Below are positions 8,985-18,014 of a stretch of DNA of 64,000 nucleotides, piece by piece. Each line of letters starts with the position of its first letter. The first letter of the stretch is position 1. The DNA lies in assembly GCA_045628125.1 (NCBI GenBank), contig JAZQPA010000142.1, positions 2,355 to 66,354 on the forward strand. Direction: 5' to 3'. The notes below the pieces were generated by a model that saw nothing but the letters and a program-made list of their open reading frames with translations, ran no database searches and was not told the origin of the DNA. The position numbers and the translations under genes are program-made. This stretch comes from Bacteroidaceae bacterium (lineage in GTDB: Bacteria > Bacteroidota > Bacteroidia > Bacteroidales > Bacteroidaceae).

Positions 8985-10706
8985 TCAAGCTTGTCCGTTC
9001 TGTGCAATACGGTATGGATTTATGTTCCGCTCAGTAAAGACTCCTGTCAACTGAGCGGTTTTCTGTTCTTTCATTTGTGCGGGTGATTCCAGTTTTGGCC
9101 TGCTTTCACCTTTCATAAATACATCGAGTGCTTTCAGAACGGTAGGGTCGTCCTGATTCAGGAATTTGGCATATTGCTCATCATTGAGCATGATGTAGAT
9201 GATATTTCCGACCAGTACACGTTCCAACAGTTTCTGTGATTTCTGGATCATGATATTTCTGCGTTTCAATCCTAAATTGTCCGCATACTTCACAAACTGT
9301 TCCACAATATTCTGCTGTTTCAGGAACGATGCCAGTTCATTCTCATCATCATATTTGTTCAGTTTCTGGCGGTTCTCATCAGTATACTCGTAAGCAAACT
9401 GAACGATAAGACCCTGGTTTACAGCCATTCGATAATAGCTGGTCAGATTGGTGGTATCCTGAGGCACGAAATAATCAGGCATAATTCCACCACCACCGTA
9501 AACGGTTCGTCCTAAAACGGTCTGGTAGGCTTCTCCGGTCTGCTTGATGCTGTCCTGTGAGAAAAATTCGCCATGTTCGTAACGGGTCAACAGGTCCAAT
9601 TCGTAATCTTCGTCATGACCTTTCTTATATGGCTTCTGAATGCAACGTCCAGAAGGGGTATAGTAGCGGGCTATGGTCAGACGTATCACACTTCTGTCTC
9701 CAAACTCAATCGGTTGCTGTACCAAACCTTTACCGAAACTTCTGCGTCCGATGATGGTTCCACGATCATTATCCTGAATGGCACCGGCAAAAATCTCACT
9801 GGCAGAAGCTGATCCTTCATCAACCAGTACAATCAGAGGCAGATCCTGATAGCTTCCGCGTCCGTCACTCTTGTATTCCTCGCGAGGAGACTTACGGCCC
9901 TGGGTGTATACAATCAGGCGGTTGTTTGGTAAGAATTCATTGACCATCTGAATAGCAGCACCCATATATCCACCAGTGTTTCCACGAAGGTCAATAATTA
10001 ATCCCTTGAAATTCATCTGATTCAACTTGGCAAGGGCTATCAGCATCTCCGGATAGGTGGTTTCGCCAAACTTGTCAATCTGGATATAGCCAATCTCCTT
10101 GTTGACCATATAAGAAGCCTTTACGCTATTGACAGGGATATCACCACGGGTAACAGTAAAGCTTAACAGATTGTCGCTTCCTCTACGTTTGATTCCCAAC
10201 TTCACATTTGATCCTTTGGCACCTTTCAGGCGTCGCATAGCTTCATCATTGGTGCAGTTTTCACCTACAAAATCCTCATCATTCACCTTCACGATGCGGT
10301 CACCTGGCAAAAGTCCCACTTTCTCAGAAGGGCCACCCTTGATGACACTGTTGATATGAATGGTGTCCTTGCGTATGGTAAACTGAATGCCAATACCAGA
10401 GAAACTGCCGGCAAGGTCATCGTTGGCCTGCTGGGCATTCTTGGCAGCAATATATACAGAATGAGGATCCAGTTCTCCCATGATTTGTGGCATTGATCGC
10501 TCAACCAGATCATTGAGGTCCACCGTATCCACATATCGGTCATTGACAATGTGCAGCAAATCATTCAGTTTGTTGCTGGAAGTGTTAATGATATTTAGCC
10601 GTCTGCCCTGGAAATGATTGGCATAAAAGCTTCCCAAAACAATACCTAGGATAATACTCAAGGCAATGATGAGAGGCATGAAACGGACAATTTTCTTCGA
10701 TCTCAT
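8985..10706 (-). CDS. S41 family carboxy-terminal processing peptidase
   Basis: N-terminal TM segment, PDZ-like segment (GIGIQF...GGPSEKVGLLPGDRIVKVN), and catalytic region VDEGSASASEIFAGA. Confidence 0.9.
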   Translation of the reverse strand: MRSKKIVRFMPLIIALSIILGIVLGSFYANHFQGRRLNIINTSSNKLNDLLHIVNDRYVDTVDLNDLVERSMPQIMGELDPHSVYIAAKNAQQANDDLAGSFSGIGIQFTIRKDTIHINSVIKGGPSEKVGLLPGDRIVKVNDEDFVGENCTNDEAMRRLKGAKGSNVKLGIKRRGSDNLLSFTVTRGDIPVNSVKASYMVNKEIGYIQIDKFGETTYPEMLIALAKLNQMNFKGLIIDLRGNTGGYMGAAIQMVNEFLPNNRLIVYTQGRKSPREEYKSDGRGSYQDLPLIVLVDEGSASASEIFAGAIQDNDRGTIIGRRSFGKGLVQQPIEFGDRSVIRLTIARYYTPSGRCIQKPYKKGHDEDYELDLLTRYEHGEFFSQDSIKQTGEAYQTVLGRTVYGGGGIMPDYFVPQDTTNLTSYYRMAVNQGLIVQFAYEYTDENRQKLNKYDDENELASFLKQQNIVEQFVKYADNLGLKRRNIMIQKSQKLLERVLVGNIIYIMLNDEQYAKFLNQDDPTVLKALDVFMKGESRPKLESPAQMKEQKTAQLTGVFTERNINPYRIAQNGQA

Positions 10707-10709
10707 ATA

Positions 10710-11153
10710 TTATTCTTTTTCTAATTCAATAAATTCGATGTCAATATTTGCTTTGCGCAACAGGTTCAAACCGTCTTCCAAACGGTATTTCTTGGAATAA
10801 ACCACACGTTTGATTCCGGCCTGAATGATAAGTTTAGAACATTCGATGCATGGCGAATCCGTAACATACATGGTTGCTCCGTCACTGGCATTACCACAAC
10901 GGGCCAGTTTGGTAATGGCATTGGCTTCAGCGTGAAGCACATAGGGGAAGGTGACATTGTTCTCATCCTCACAGACATTCTCGAATCCGGCAGGAGTACC
11001 GTTGAATCCGTCAGATATAATCATATTGTCTTTTACTACCAGACAACCCACTTTCCGTCTTTGGCAATAAGAATTTTCCGACCAAATGCCTGCCATGCGC
11101 AGGTAGCGCACGTCCAAATCATGTTTCTTTTGACTCTCACTTTTCATAATCAA
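10710..11153 (-). CDS. Deoxycytidylate (dCMP) deaminase
   Basis: Zinc-binding motifs HAEANAI and PCIECSKLI; 147 aa. Confidence 0.85.
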   Translation of the reverse strand: MIMKSESQKKHDLDVRYLRMAGIWSENSYCQRRKVGCLVVKDNMIISDGFNGTPAGFENVCEDENNVTFPYVLHAEANAITKLARCGNASDGATMYVTDSPCIECSKLIIQAGIKRVVYSKKYRLEDGLNLLRKANIDIEFIELEKE

Positions 11154-13207
11154 TCGTTCTTGATGCCATTTCGGCGTAACAAAGCATTAATACTTGGGCC
11201 CTGACCCCGGAATTCACGATATAGCTCCTTAGGATGGACTGTTCCTCCTTTTGAAAGAAGCGTACGGAAACGGGATGCTGTTTCTGGGTTGAAGATTCCT
11301 GTCTCTTGGAAAAGAGAGAAAGCGTCGGCATCCAAAACTTCCGCCCATTTATAACTGTAATAACCAGCTGCGTATCCTCCACACATGATATGACTGAACT
11401 GTGTAGTCATGCAGCAGCCATCAACCATTGGCAGCAGCTGTGTGTCTTTCCATGCTTCTTTCTCAAAAGCTTGGATATCTGTCTTTTCGTCCAGTTCTTC
11501 TTTTCGTGAATAATATGCCATATCCAACAATCCGAAGCTGAGCTGACGCAAACAAGCATAACCCGTATTGAAATTGCTGGCTTCACGGATTCGACGGATA
11601 AGTTCATCTGGCATTTGCTCATCAGTCTGATAGTGGCGGGCAAATGTGTCAAGGAACTCTTTCTCATGTACATAGTTTTCCATGAATTGGGATGGTAATT
11701 CCACAAAATCCCAATATACATTGGTGCCGCCTAATGATTCAAATGTGGTATTGGCAAAAATGCCGTGAAGTGAATGGCCGAACTCATGAAGGAATGTCTC
11801 TACTTCACCCAATGTCAGCAAGGCCGGTTTGGTAGGAGTTGGCTTGGTGAAATTGGTTGTAATGGAAACATGAGGACGACGGTTTACACCATTTTCAATA
11901 CATTGTTCCTGATAGGATGTCATCCAGGCACCCGAACGCTTTCCTGCTCTGGGGTAGAAATCAGTATATAAAACGGCAAGGAAACTACCGTCCTTATCAT
12001 AAACCTCGAAAGGAATGACATCCGGATGGAAGACAGGTATTTCCGTGTTCTTCTTGAAGCTGATACCATATAATCTGCTGGCTAATGCAAAAACGCCATC
12101 AATAACCTTATCTACTTGAAGATAAGGACGAAGCATTTCTGCATCCAGATTGTATTTCTCACGTCTCAGCAGATTGCTGTAATAGGACCAGTCCCATGGC
12201 ATCAGTTGGAAACCTTTACCTTCTGACTGGCAAGCTAATTCTTCAATTTCCTTTTTCTCCTGCAACGCTTTAGGACGGTAGGCTTCCAATAACTGGTTCA
12301 GAAGCTGAGAAACGTTATGCTCGTTTTCTGCCATACGATTCTCCAAAGCATAGCTGGCATAAGTCTCATATCCTAATAATTGGGCAATCTCACGTCTGAG
12401 ATTAACTAATTTGCACACCAGCAGTGTGTTGTCGGTTTCTCCACCGTGTGCACACTTGGTGTTATAAGCCATGTACAATTCCTGTCTCAATGCCCTGTCC
12501 TTACAGTATGTCATGAGGCCGGTATAACTTGGACCGTGCAGGGTAAATGCCCAACCTTCCAAACCCTTTTCTTTGGCCGTTTGAGCGGCTGCCTCTAAAT
12601 CAGTCTCGGGCATGCCTTCCAACTTGCTGGGGTCAGTGACATGTAATACGTAGGCATTGGTCTCTTTAAGACTATTCTGCTGGAATTTCAGGGAACATTG
12701 GCTAGCCTCCAGACTTAATTGTCTGAATTTCAGTTTCTGTTCCTCATTCAAGTTCGCTCCTCTTCGGGTAAATCCTTTATAGCAGTTTTCAAGTAATTTC
12801 TGCTCCTCTGGGTTTAATGCAGGTTTTGCTTCATAAACAGATTTGATGCGTGCAAACAATTTCTCATTTAATCCGATGTTATTGCTGTGCTCGGAAAGAA
12901 GAGGTTGCATTTTGTTAGCCAATTCGTCCAATTCGTCACAGGTTTCCGCACTCATCAGGTTGAACATGACTGTTGTCGCGCGGTTCAGCAACGCACCACT
13001 TTGCTCCAAAGCCAGAATGGTGTTCTTGAAAGTGGGTGGCTCCGGATTGTTTACAATCTCATCCACTTCGGATTGTCCCTGCCTTATTCCTTCCAGTATG
13101 GCAGGTTCGTAATCCTCTAATCTGATACGGTCAAATGGAACGGTTCCGTGAGGCGTATCATAGGATTCAAAAAACGGATTCTTGCGAACGTTAGTATCTG
13201 TATTCAT
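11150..13207 (-). CDS. dcp: M3 family peptidyl-dipeptidase (Dcp-like)
   Basis: 685 aa with the zinc motif LHEFGHSLHG. Overall M3 architecture. Confidence 0.9.
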   Translation of the reverse strand: MNTDTNVRKNPFFESYDTPHGTVPFDRIRLEDYEPAILEGIRQGQSEVDEIVNNPEPPTFKNTILALEQSGALLNRATTVMFNLMSAETCDELDELANKMQPLLSEHSNNIGLNEKLFARIKSVYEAKPALNPEEQKLLENCYKGFTRRGANLNEEQKLKFRQLSLEASQCSLKFQQNSLKETNAYVLHVTDPSKLEGMPETDLEAAAQTAKEKGLEGWAFTLHGPSYTGLMTYCKDRALRQELYMAYNTKCAHGGETDNTLLVCKLVNLRREIAQLLGYETYASYALENRMAENEHNVSQLLNQLLEAYRPKALQEKKEIEELACQSEGKGFQLMPWDWSYYSNLLRREKYNLDAEMLRPYLQVDKVIDGVFALASRLYGISFKKNTEIPVFHPDVIPFEVYDKDGSFLAVLYTDFYPRAGKRSGAWMTSYQEQCIENGVNRRPHVSITTNFTKPTPTKPALLTLGEVETFLHEFGHSLHGIFANTTFESLGGTNVYWDFVELPSQFMENYVHEKEFLDTFARHYQTDEQMPDELIRRIREASNFNTGYACLRQLSFGLLDMAYYSRKEELDEKTDIQAFEKEAWKDTQLLPMVDGCCMTTQFSHIMCGGYAAGYYSYKWAEVLDADAFSLFQETGIFNPETASRFRTLLSKGGTVHPKELYREFRGQGPSINALLRRNGIKND

Positions 13208-13211
13208 GATT

Positions 13212-13901
13212 TTATTCTGCTAATGCCAGTAATTTTTCCAGATGAGGGACTTCAATGATTGAACGTTTCAGTATCAGTGCCTCTTTATCTTGTAATTCAT
13301 TCAGTGCTTTGGATACATTGGCTCGGGTCTCACATAACTGATTGGCCAATTCTTCCATTTTTATCTTTATCCTTTTTTCTCCTGATGGCTTTCGGCAATG
13401 GCTTGCAATGAAACGGATAATCCTGTTTCTTATTGAACCATTGAATGGCTGCCACAGTAATTTTTGGGAATTTTGTGCTTGGGCAGAAATCAGGTTGATA
13501 TAATTTAGCCTAAATACCTCATATTGCAGAAGACTTTCCCAAAATTCAGATTTACTGATGTTTAATGCTCCTACATCGCTTACTGCTACATAACTATGTG
13601 TGTAGCGTGTACGAGGACCAAACAGGACCTCTGGTTCCAACACGGTAGGAGAACTGATCTTCTCATAGAACGTGAATTGACTGTCGTAACCAACGGTCTC
13701 CATTTCGATATCTCCATTTAGAATAAAGAGAATGGAATTGCAGGATGAGTTCTGCTCAATAAGTATATCGCCAGGTTTATATTTGGAAAAATCAAACTTG
13801 ATCTTTTCAATTATCCATGCCATATCGCTACTTCCTAATCCTTGAAAAAGAGGAAGTTGCAGCAACTTTTCGTAGATACTTAATTCAATTCGCTTTGCCA
13901 T
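13212..13901 (-). CDS. Crp/Fnr family transcriptional regulator
   Basis: N-terminal cNMP-binding-like beta-roll plus C-terminal HTH (ELANQLCETRANVSKALNEL). Confidence 0.75.
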   Translation of the reverse strand: MAKRIELSIYEKLLQLPLFQGLGSSDMAWIIEKIKFDFSKYKPGDILIEQNSSCNSILFILNGDIEMETVGYDSQFTFYEKISSPTVLEPEVLFGPRTRYTHSYVAVSDVGALNISKSEFWESLLQYEVFRLNYINLISAQAQNSQKLLWQPFNGSIRNRIIRFIASHCRKPSGEKRIKIKMEELANQLCETRANVSKALNELQDKEALILKRSIIEVPHLEKLLALAE

Positions 13902-13915
13902 AGTGGAAAGTGATT

Positions 13916-14941
13916 TTAATTGCTGAATTTCTTTTCCAGTGATGGAGTATAATAAACCTGATTATCTCCGTTCTCATCACTATAGATGAGATAAACCACT
14001 AACTCCGGATGCTGTTCCAGAAACTGTTTTGTCTTTTCCAATCCCATTACCATGAAAGCTGTAGCATATCCATCAGCAGTCATACAGTCTTTGGCAATTA
14101 CTGTCGTAGAGAGCAGATTGTGATCGGCTGGGTATCCGGTATGAGGGTTGATGGTATGGGCATATTTCTTGCCATTTTCGATGCGGAAGTTCCGGTAATT
14201 ACCAGATGTGGCCAACGCCTCATTGCTTAGTGAGAGAATCTGCTGTGTTTCCTGGGTGGTGGCCAACATGTCGTCAACAGGTTTGGTAATGCCAATCCGC
14301 CAAGGCTGCTTACGGTTAGAGATTCCACGTGTAACCACTTCTCCTCCAATCTCAATCATGTAGTTCTGAACACCTTTTCGCAATAACAGAGCTGCAACCA
14401 TATCCACTCCAAACCCTTTGGCAATAGAACTGCAATCCAACATGATACGCTCATCATCCTTCTTGATGGTATTGTTTTCCATCTTGATTTTTTTGTATCC
14501 GATGAATTGCTTTAAACTGTCAATGGCAGCACTGTCTGGTTTGATGTCATTTTTAAATCCGAACCCCCAGAGGTTAACTAATGGGCTGACTGTAATGTCG
14601 AAATCACCATCGGTCTCCTCCGAAATCTTCATGGCTGTTTCAAAAACCACCTTGAACATGTCATTGACTTTCATGTCCGTATTGTTGTTGATAGCTGTAA
14701 TTACACTTTCTTTATTGAATGGGGAGAGTGATGCATCAACTTTAGCCAGTTCAGCCTTTATATCATCATGATAATTGGTGTTGGACTGATAGGTAATATG
14801 GTAAAAAGTACCAAAAATGGTACCACTATCTTTCTGATAAGGGGCATCAGCATTTCTTCGGATGATGAATATACTGCCGACAATAAGTATAATTAGAAAT
14901 GGAAGTTTCCATGCCCATTTGTTCTTTTGCTTGTTCTCCAT
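13916..14941 (-). CDS. FAD:protein FMN transferase (ApbE family)
   Basis: 341 aa with an ApbE-like pattern: FDITVSPL..LWGF, AKGFGVD, ATSGNYRNF...HTINPHTG. Confidence 0.85.
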   Translation of the reverse strand: MENKQKNKWAWKLPFLIILIVGSIFIIRRNADAPYQKDSGTIFGTFYHITYQSNTNYHDDIKAELAKVDASLSPFNKESVITAINNNTDMKVNDMFKVVFETAMKISEETDGDFDITVSPLVNLWGFGFKNDIKPDSAAIDSLKQFIGYKKIKMENNTIKKDDERIMLDCSSIAKGFGVDMVAALLLRKGVQNYMIEIGGEVVTRGISNRKQPWRIGITKPVDDMLATTQETQQILSLSNEALATSGNYRNFRIENGKKYAHTINPHTGYPADHNLLSTTVIAKDCMTADGYATAFMVMGLEKTKQFLEQHPELVVYLIYSDENGDNQVYYTPSLEKKFSN

Positions 14942-14946
14942 AATCT

Positions 14947-15675
14947 TTATTTTGTTGGTAGTTGCGCTTTAATTTTTTTGCTTAAATCAAATGTCAGGTA
15001 ATAAGACAGATAGAAACCACTGGTTCCTCCACTACCAAATCCGGGAACGTAATATGGAGTTGCCTCTATGGGTTGCTTTTCTTTCAACTTACTCTTGTAA
15101 CGGACATTGAATCCCATGTGGTAATTTTTAAATACTTCAGCTTCAAGACCTACTACAAATTCAAACCATAGGCGGTTGGCTGACAAGTCTTCATAGTCTA
15201 AAGGCTGTGCATTGTGCCATAAAGGGTCCTTGATTTCCGGACCGTTAACATCAAAATTATATGTTGTAAAACCCAATCGTCCACCCACAAAAAGACGGTT
15301 GTTTTGGGTCTTATCTTTTAACATGTTTACATCGGCACCTAATCGGAAATAAGGTGCTGCTGTCTTGTATCTGATGTTTGTCTCGTCATTGGTGCCATCA
15401 TATTTGGCATAGCCTAATTCTGCAACAGGAAAATACTTGTTTTTTATGCTGAACCTTAAGGCACCCTCGGATCCCAATGTGTTGCCTCCTATTAAGTGAG
15501 CGATAGGTGTGCCTACTTCTACAGAAAGAGACATGCCTTGAATGAAAGAGAGATGGGTTAATCGGGATACAGCATTTGATGCTACATCCCGTGCCATTCC
15601 TTCTTGAGCCCAACTCCAGAGAGGCAAAAGAGAAAACAGACTACTTAATATATATGCGGAAATTTTCAATTTCAT
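14947..15675 (-). CDS. Putative outer-membrane beta-barrel protein (DUF6048-like)
   Basis: Signal peptide ...LWSWAQ and alternating hydrophobic beta-strand pattern. It overlaps the upstream lipoprotein gene by 35 nt. Confidence 0.6.
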   Translation of the reverse strand: MKLKISAYILSSLFSLLPLWSWAQEGMARDVASNAVSRLTHLSFIQGMSLSVEVGTPIAHLIGGNTLGSEGALRFSIKNKYFPVAELGYAKYDGTNDETNIRYKTAAPYFRLGADVNMLKDKTQNNRLFVGGRLGFTTYNFDVNGPEIKDPLWHNAQPLDYEDLSANRLWFEFVVGLEAEVFKNYHMGFNVRYKSKLKEKQPIEATPYYVPGFGSGGTSGFYLSYYLTFDLSKKIKAQLPTK

Positions 15676-16117
15676 TGTTGTCGACCTTTCTGTTTGTAAC
15701 GGAAATAGAATCTAAGTCGTTGTGTGTTAACTGTATGTCGCTAATATAATGTTCAACCCAAGTGCCGCATTCCGGAGAATTGAAATGAGGGACATTCTCT
15801 TTTTTTACAATAATCATATCCTTGTAGGTGTGATGACCTGTCGTTTTAATTTCAAGAGTCAACGTGTCTGCACTATTGTAGTAACTCATAGGCAGGTCAA
15901 AACTGCTGGCATTATACAAACGGTTTACCATTAATGTGTCCTTTCCGTTAACTTTTAGATAAACGTTCAAGGTGTCTGAGAGTTTGAACAATTCATCGGC
16001 TTTGTAAAAAGACCATTTTGCATACACGCCATTGGTTAACGAACAGTTAATATCCGAACAACCGGCAAGCGAGAATGCCACTACGAAACAGCAGAAAAGG
16101 AATCTGAGAACTTTCAT
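15641..16117 (-). CDS. Small lipoprotein (DUF6452-like)
   Basis: Lipobox FSLAGC at residues 15-20. Begins 2 nt after the GT2 gene. Confidence 0.6.
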   Translation of the reverse strand: MKVLRFLFCCFVVAFSLAGCSDINCSLTNGVYAKWSFYKADELFKLSDTLNVYLKVNGKDTLMVNRLYNASSFDLPMSYYNSADTLTLEIKTTGHHTYKDMIIVKKENVPHFNSPECGTWVEHYISDIQLTHNDLDSISVTNRKVDNNEIENFRIYIK

Positions 16118-16119
16118 AA

Positions 16120-17070
16120 TTAGATTTCTTTTTCGATCAAGTATTTATTACGCTCTTGAGAGTTGCGGCTGATTAATTCTCCAAGAAATCCTGCCAGGAA
16201 AAACTGACTACCTAAAATCATGGTTGTTAATGCAATATAAAACCAAGGATTGTCTGTAACCAGACGGTATGGGAGTCCGTTAACCAAATGATACAACTTA
16301 TTTCCTCCAACAACCAGGATGGCAATGAAACCCAGCAAAAACATCAATGTACCTGTCAAACCGAAGATATGCATTGGCTTTAAACCAAAGCGGCTCAGAA
16401 ACCAAAGCGAAATCAGGTCCAGATAGCCGTTGACGAAACGGTCCAATCCGAATTTCGTCTTGCCGTATTTTCTGGCTTGATGATGTACAACTTTTTCCCC
16501 AATTTTAGTAAAACCAGCATTTTTTGCCAGGTATGGGATGTATCGATGCATTTCACCATAGACCTCAATGTTTTTTACAACATCTTTACGGTATGCCTTC
16601 AGTCCACAATTGAAGTCATGCAGATTGTGAATTCCACTTACTTTTCGGGCCGTGGCATTGAACAGTTTCGTAGGAATAGTTTTAGATAGTGGATCGTATC
16701 TTTTTTGTTTATAGCCGGAAACCAAATCATAGCCGTCAACCGAAATCATCTTATACAAATCCGGAATTTCGTCTGGTGAATCTTGCAGGTCGGCATCCAT
16801 GGTTATCACCACATCACCTTGAGCCCGGTCAAAACCACAGAAGAGAGCCGGACTTTTACCATAGTTGCGACGGAACTTTATGCCTTTGACATTAGCACTT
16901 TTTTGTTGGAGTGATTCAATGACATCCCAAGACTTATCCGTACTTCCATCGTTCACAAAGATAACCTCATAACTGAATTTGTGAGTAGTCATGACGCGAT
17001 CTATCCATGAAAACAGTTCAGGAAGAGATTCCTCTTCGTTATATAATGGTACAATAACCGAAATATCCAT
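16120..17070 (-). CDS. GT2 polyprenol-phosphate glycosyltransferase (GtrB/DPM1-like)
   Basis: VIVPLYNEEESL, DADLQD, and two C-terminal TM helices. Confidence 0.9.
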   Translation of the reverse strand: MDISVIVPLYNEEESLPELFSWIDRVMTTHKFSYEVIFVNDGSTDKSWDVIESLQQKSANVKGIKFRRNYGKSPALFCGFDRAQGDVVITMDADLQDSPDEIPDLYKMISVDGYDLVSGYKQKRYDPLSKTIPTKLFNATARKVSGIHNLHDFNCGLKAYRKDVVKNIEVYGEMHRYIPYLAKNAGFTKIGEKVVHHQARKYGKTKFGLDRFVNGYLDLISLWFLSRFGLKPMHIFGLTGTLMFLLGFIAILVVGGNKLYHLVNGLPYRLVTDNPWFYIALTTMILGSQFFLAGFLGELISRNSQERNKYLIEKEI

Positions 17071-17078
17071 TTTAACTA

Positions 17079-17639
17079 TTAGTTTTTAATTTTTTCAATA
17101 GGTTTGTTTGTCTTGATACGGGCAAACAGAGTGACGATAGGGGAAATCATGAAACTGGCCAGCAGGTTACTCTCTGTGATTTGAAGAGCGAAATTAATGG
17201 GCTTAATATTGCTTACTGCTGATACCAGATCATCCACGGTTACTCCAGTTCCCGCGAGCATGGATTCCATTGCAACTCTCTGCTCTGGAACTTCAGACAA
17301 TTCTGTGTACATTTGGGCGAATTTCCCTCCGTCCATGTACCTCATGTAGAGAAAAACACCCATTGCCATGAGAATACATGCGTAAAAAAACATACTCATT
17401 ACAAAGAACCACTGACCACCAAATGATAAGTCGCCTTTACAGACTCTCCACCTGAACTGATAGCAGAAAATAACAGCAGCAAATAGCGAACCGATACCAA
17501 TACCCAAGCCAAACATGGAATACAGAGGAGTTGTTGCGGAATTTGCAAAGCCTATGAATGACATAATCCACATAATACCTAGAAGCGTTCCTAATTTGGG
17601 CGAAACGGATTTAATCTGCTGTAAAGTATCCTTTTCCAT
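17079..17639 (-). CDS. DUF4199-like inner-membrane protein
   Basis: 186 aa with about 4 TM helices. First gene of the co-directional block. Confidence 0.6.
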   Translation of the reverse strand: MEKDTLQQIKSVSPKLGTLLGIMWIMSFIGFANSATTPLYSMFGLGIGIGSLFAAVIFCYQFRWRVCKGDLSFGGQWFFVMSMFFYACILMAMGVFLYMRYMDGGKFAQMYTELSEVPEQRVAMESMLAGTGVTVDDLVSAVSNIKPINFALQITESNLLASFMISPIVTLFARIKTNKPIEKIKN

Positions 17640-17773
17640 CTTTTTTTAGTGAATAGCGATGCAAAAATACGGAAAAAAAATGAAGTTGCCTTATTAATTA
17701 GGTGGAATTAAGGGAGAGCCCAGCCATTTTCGGTTTTTTTTAAGGATTATTTGGAGGGGATAGATAAAAGTCG

Positions 17774-17781
17774 TAAATTTG
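17774..17781 (+). promoter_or_regulatory. -7 box (TAAATTTG) for the SRP-like RNA/tRNA-Thr unit
   Basis: TAnnTTTG match ending 12 nt before the first G of the long hairpin. Confidence 0.5.
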
Positions 17782-17793
17782 CACTCGCAAAAT

Positions 17794-17894
17794 GGGTAAG
17801 TCCTATACGGCCAGCTCCTTGGGAATCCTCCAGGGCTTGATCGCAGCAAAGGTACTAGGTTGTAGCGGCGCGATATAGTAAGCTTACCCACCCC
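17794..17894 (+). ncRNA. ffs: Candidate small SRP RNA (4.5S/ffs-like) long hairpin
   Basis: About 100 nt. The 5' GGGTAAG pairs with CTTACCC and is followed by ACCCC, as in the E. coli 4.5S terminus. A near-continuous helix is present (CTATA/TATAG, GCC-A-GCT/AGCGGC). The apical region has CAGG (17831-17834) and AGCA (17845-17848) separated by 10 nt, the same spacing as the domain IV symmetric loop in E. coli (CAGG-UCCGGAAGGA-AGCA). The apical loop itself is not a GNRA tetraloop. Confidence 0.45.
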
Positions 17895-17968
17895 GCCTCT
17901 TTAGCTCAGTTGGCCAGAGCACGTGATTTGTAATCTCGGGGTCGTTGGTTCGAATCCGACAAGAGGCT
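17895..17968 (+). tRNA. tRNA-Thr (anticodon TGT)
   Basis: GCCTCTT-TA-GCTC..GAGC-A-CGTGA-TTTGTAA-TCTCG-GGGTC-GTTGG-TTCGAAT-CCGAC-AAGAGGC-T. Confidence 0.9.
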
Positions 17969-17970
17969 CA

Positions 17971-18004
17971 AAAAAAGGAAGCATGTTTTGTGCTTCCTTT
18001 TTTT
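17971..18004. terminator. Bidirectional terminator (tRNA-Thr unit / mutS2)
   Basis: AAAAAAGGAAGCA-tgttttg-TGCTTCCTTTTTT hairpin. Confidence 0.75.
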
Positions 18005-18014
18005 GTGTTGTAAC

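Noticed and set aside
17694-17891. 65-aa minus-strand ORF
   Set aside because: It overlaps the promoter box and the long structured hairpin (SRP-like RNA) on the opposite strand. It has no coding signal.
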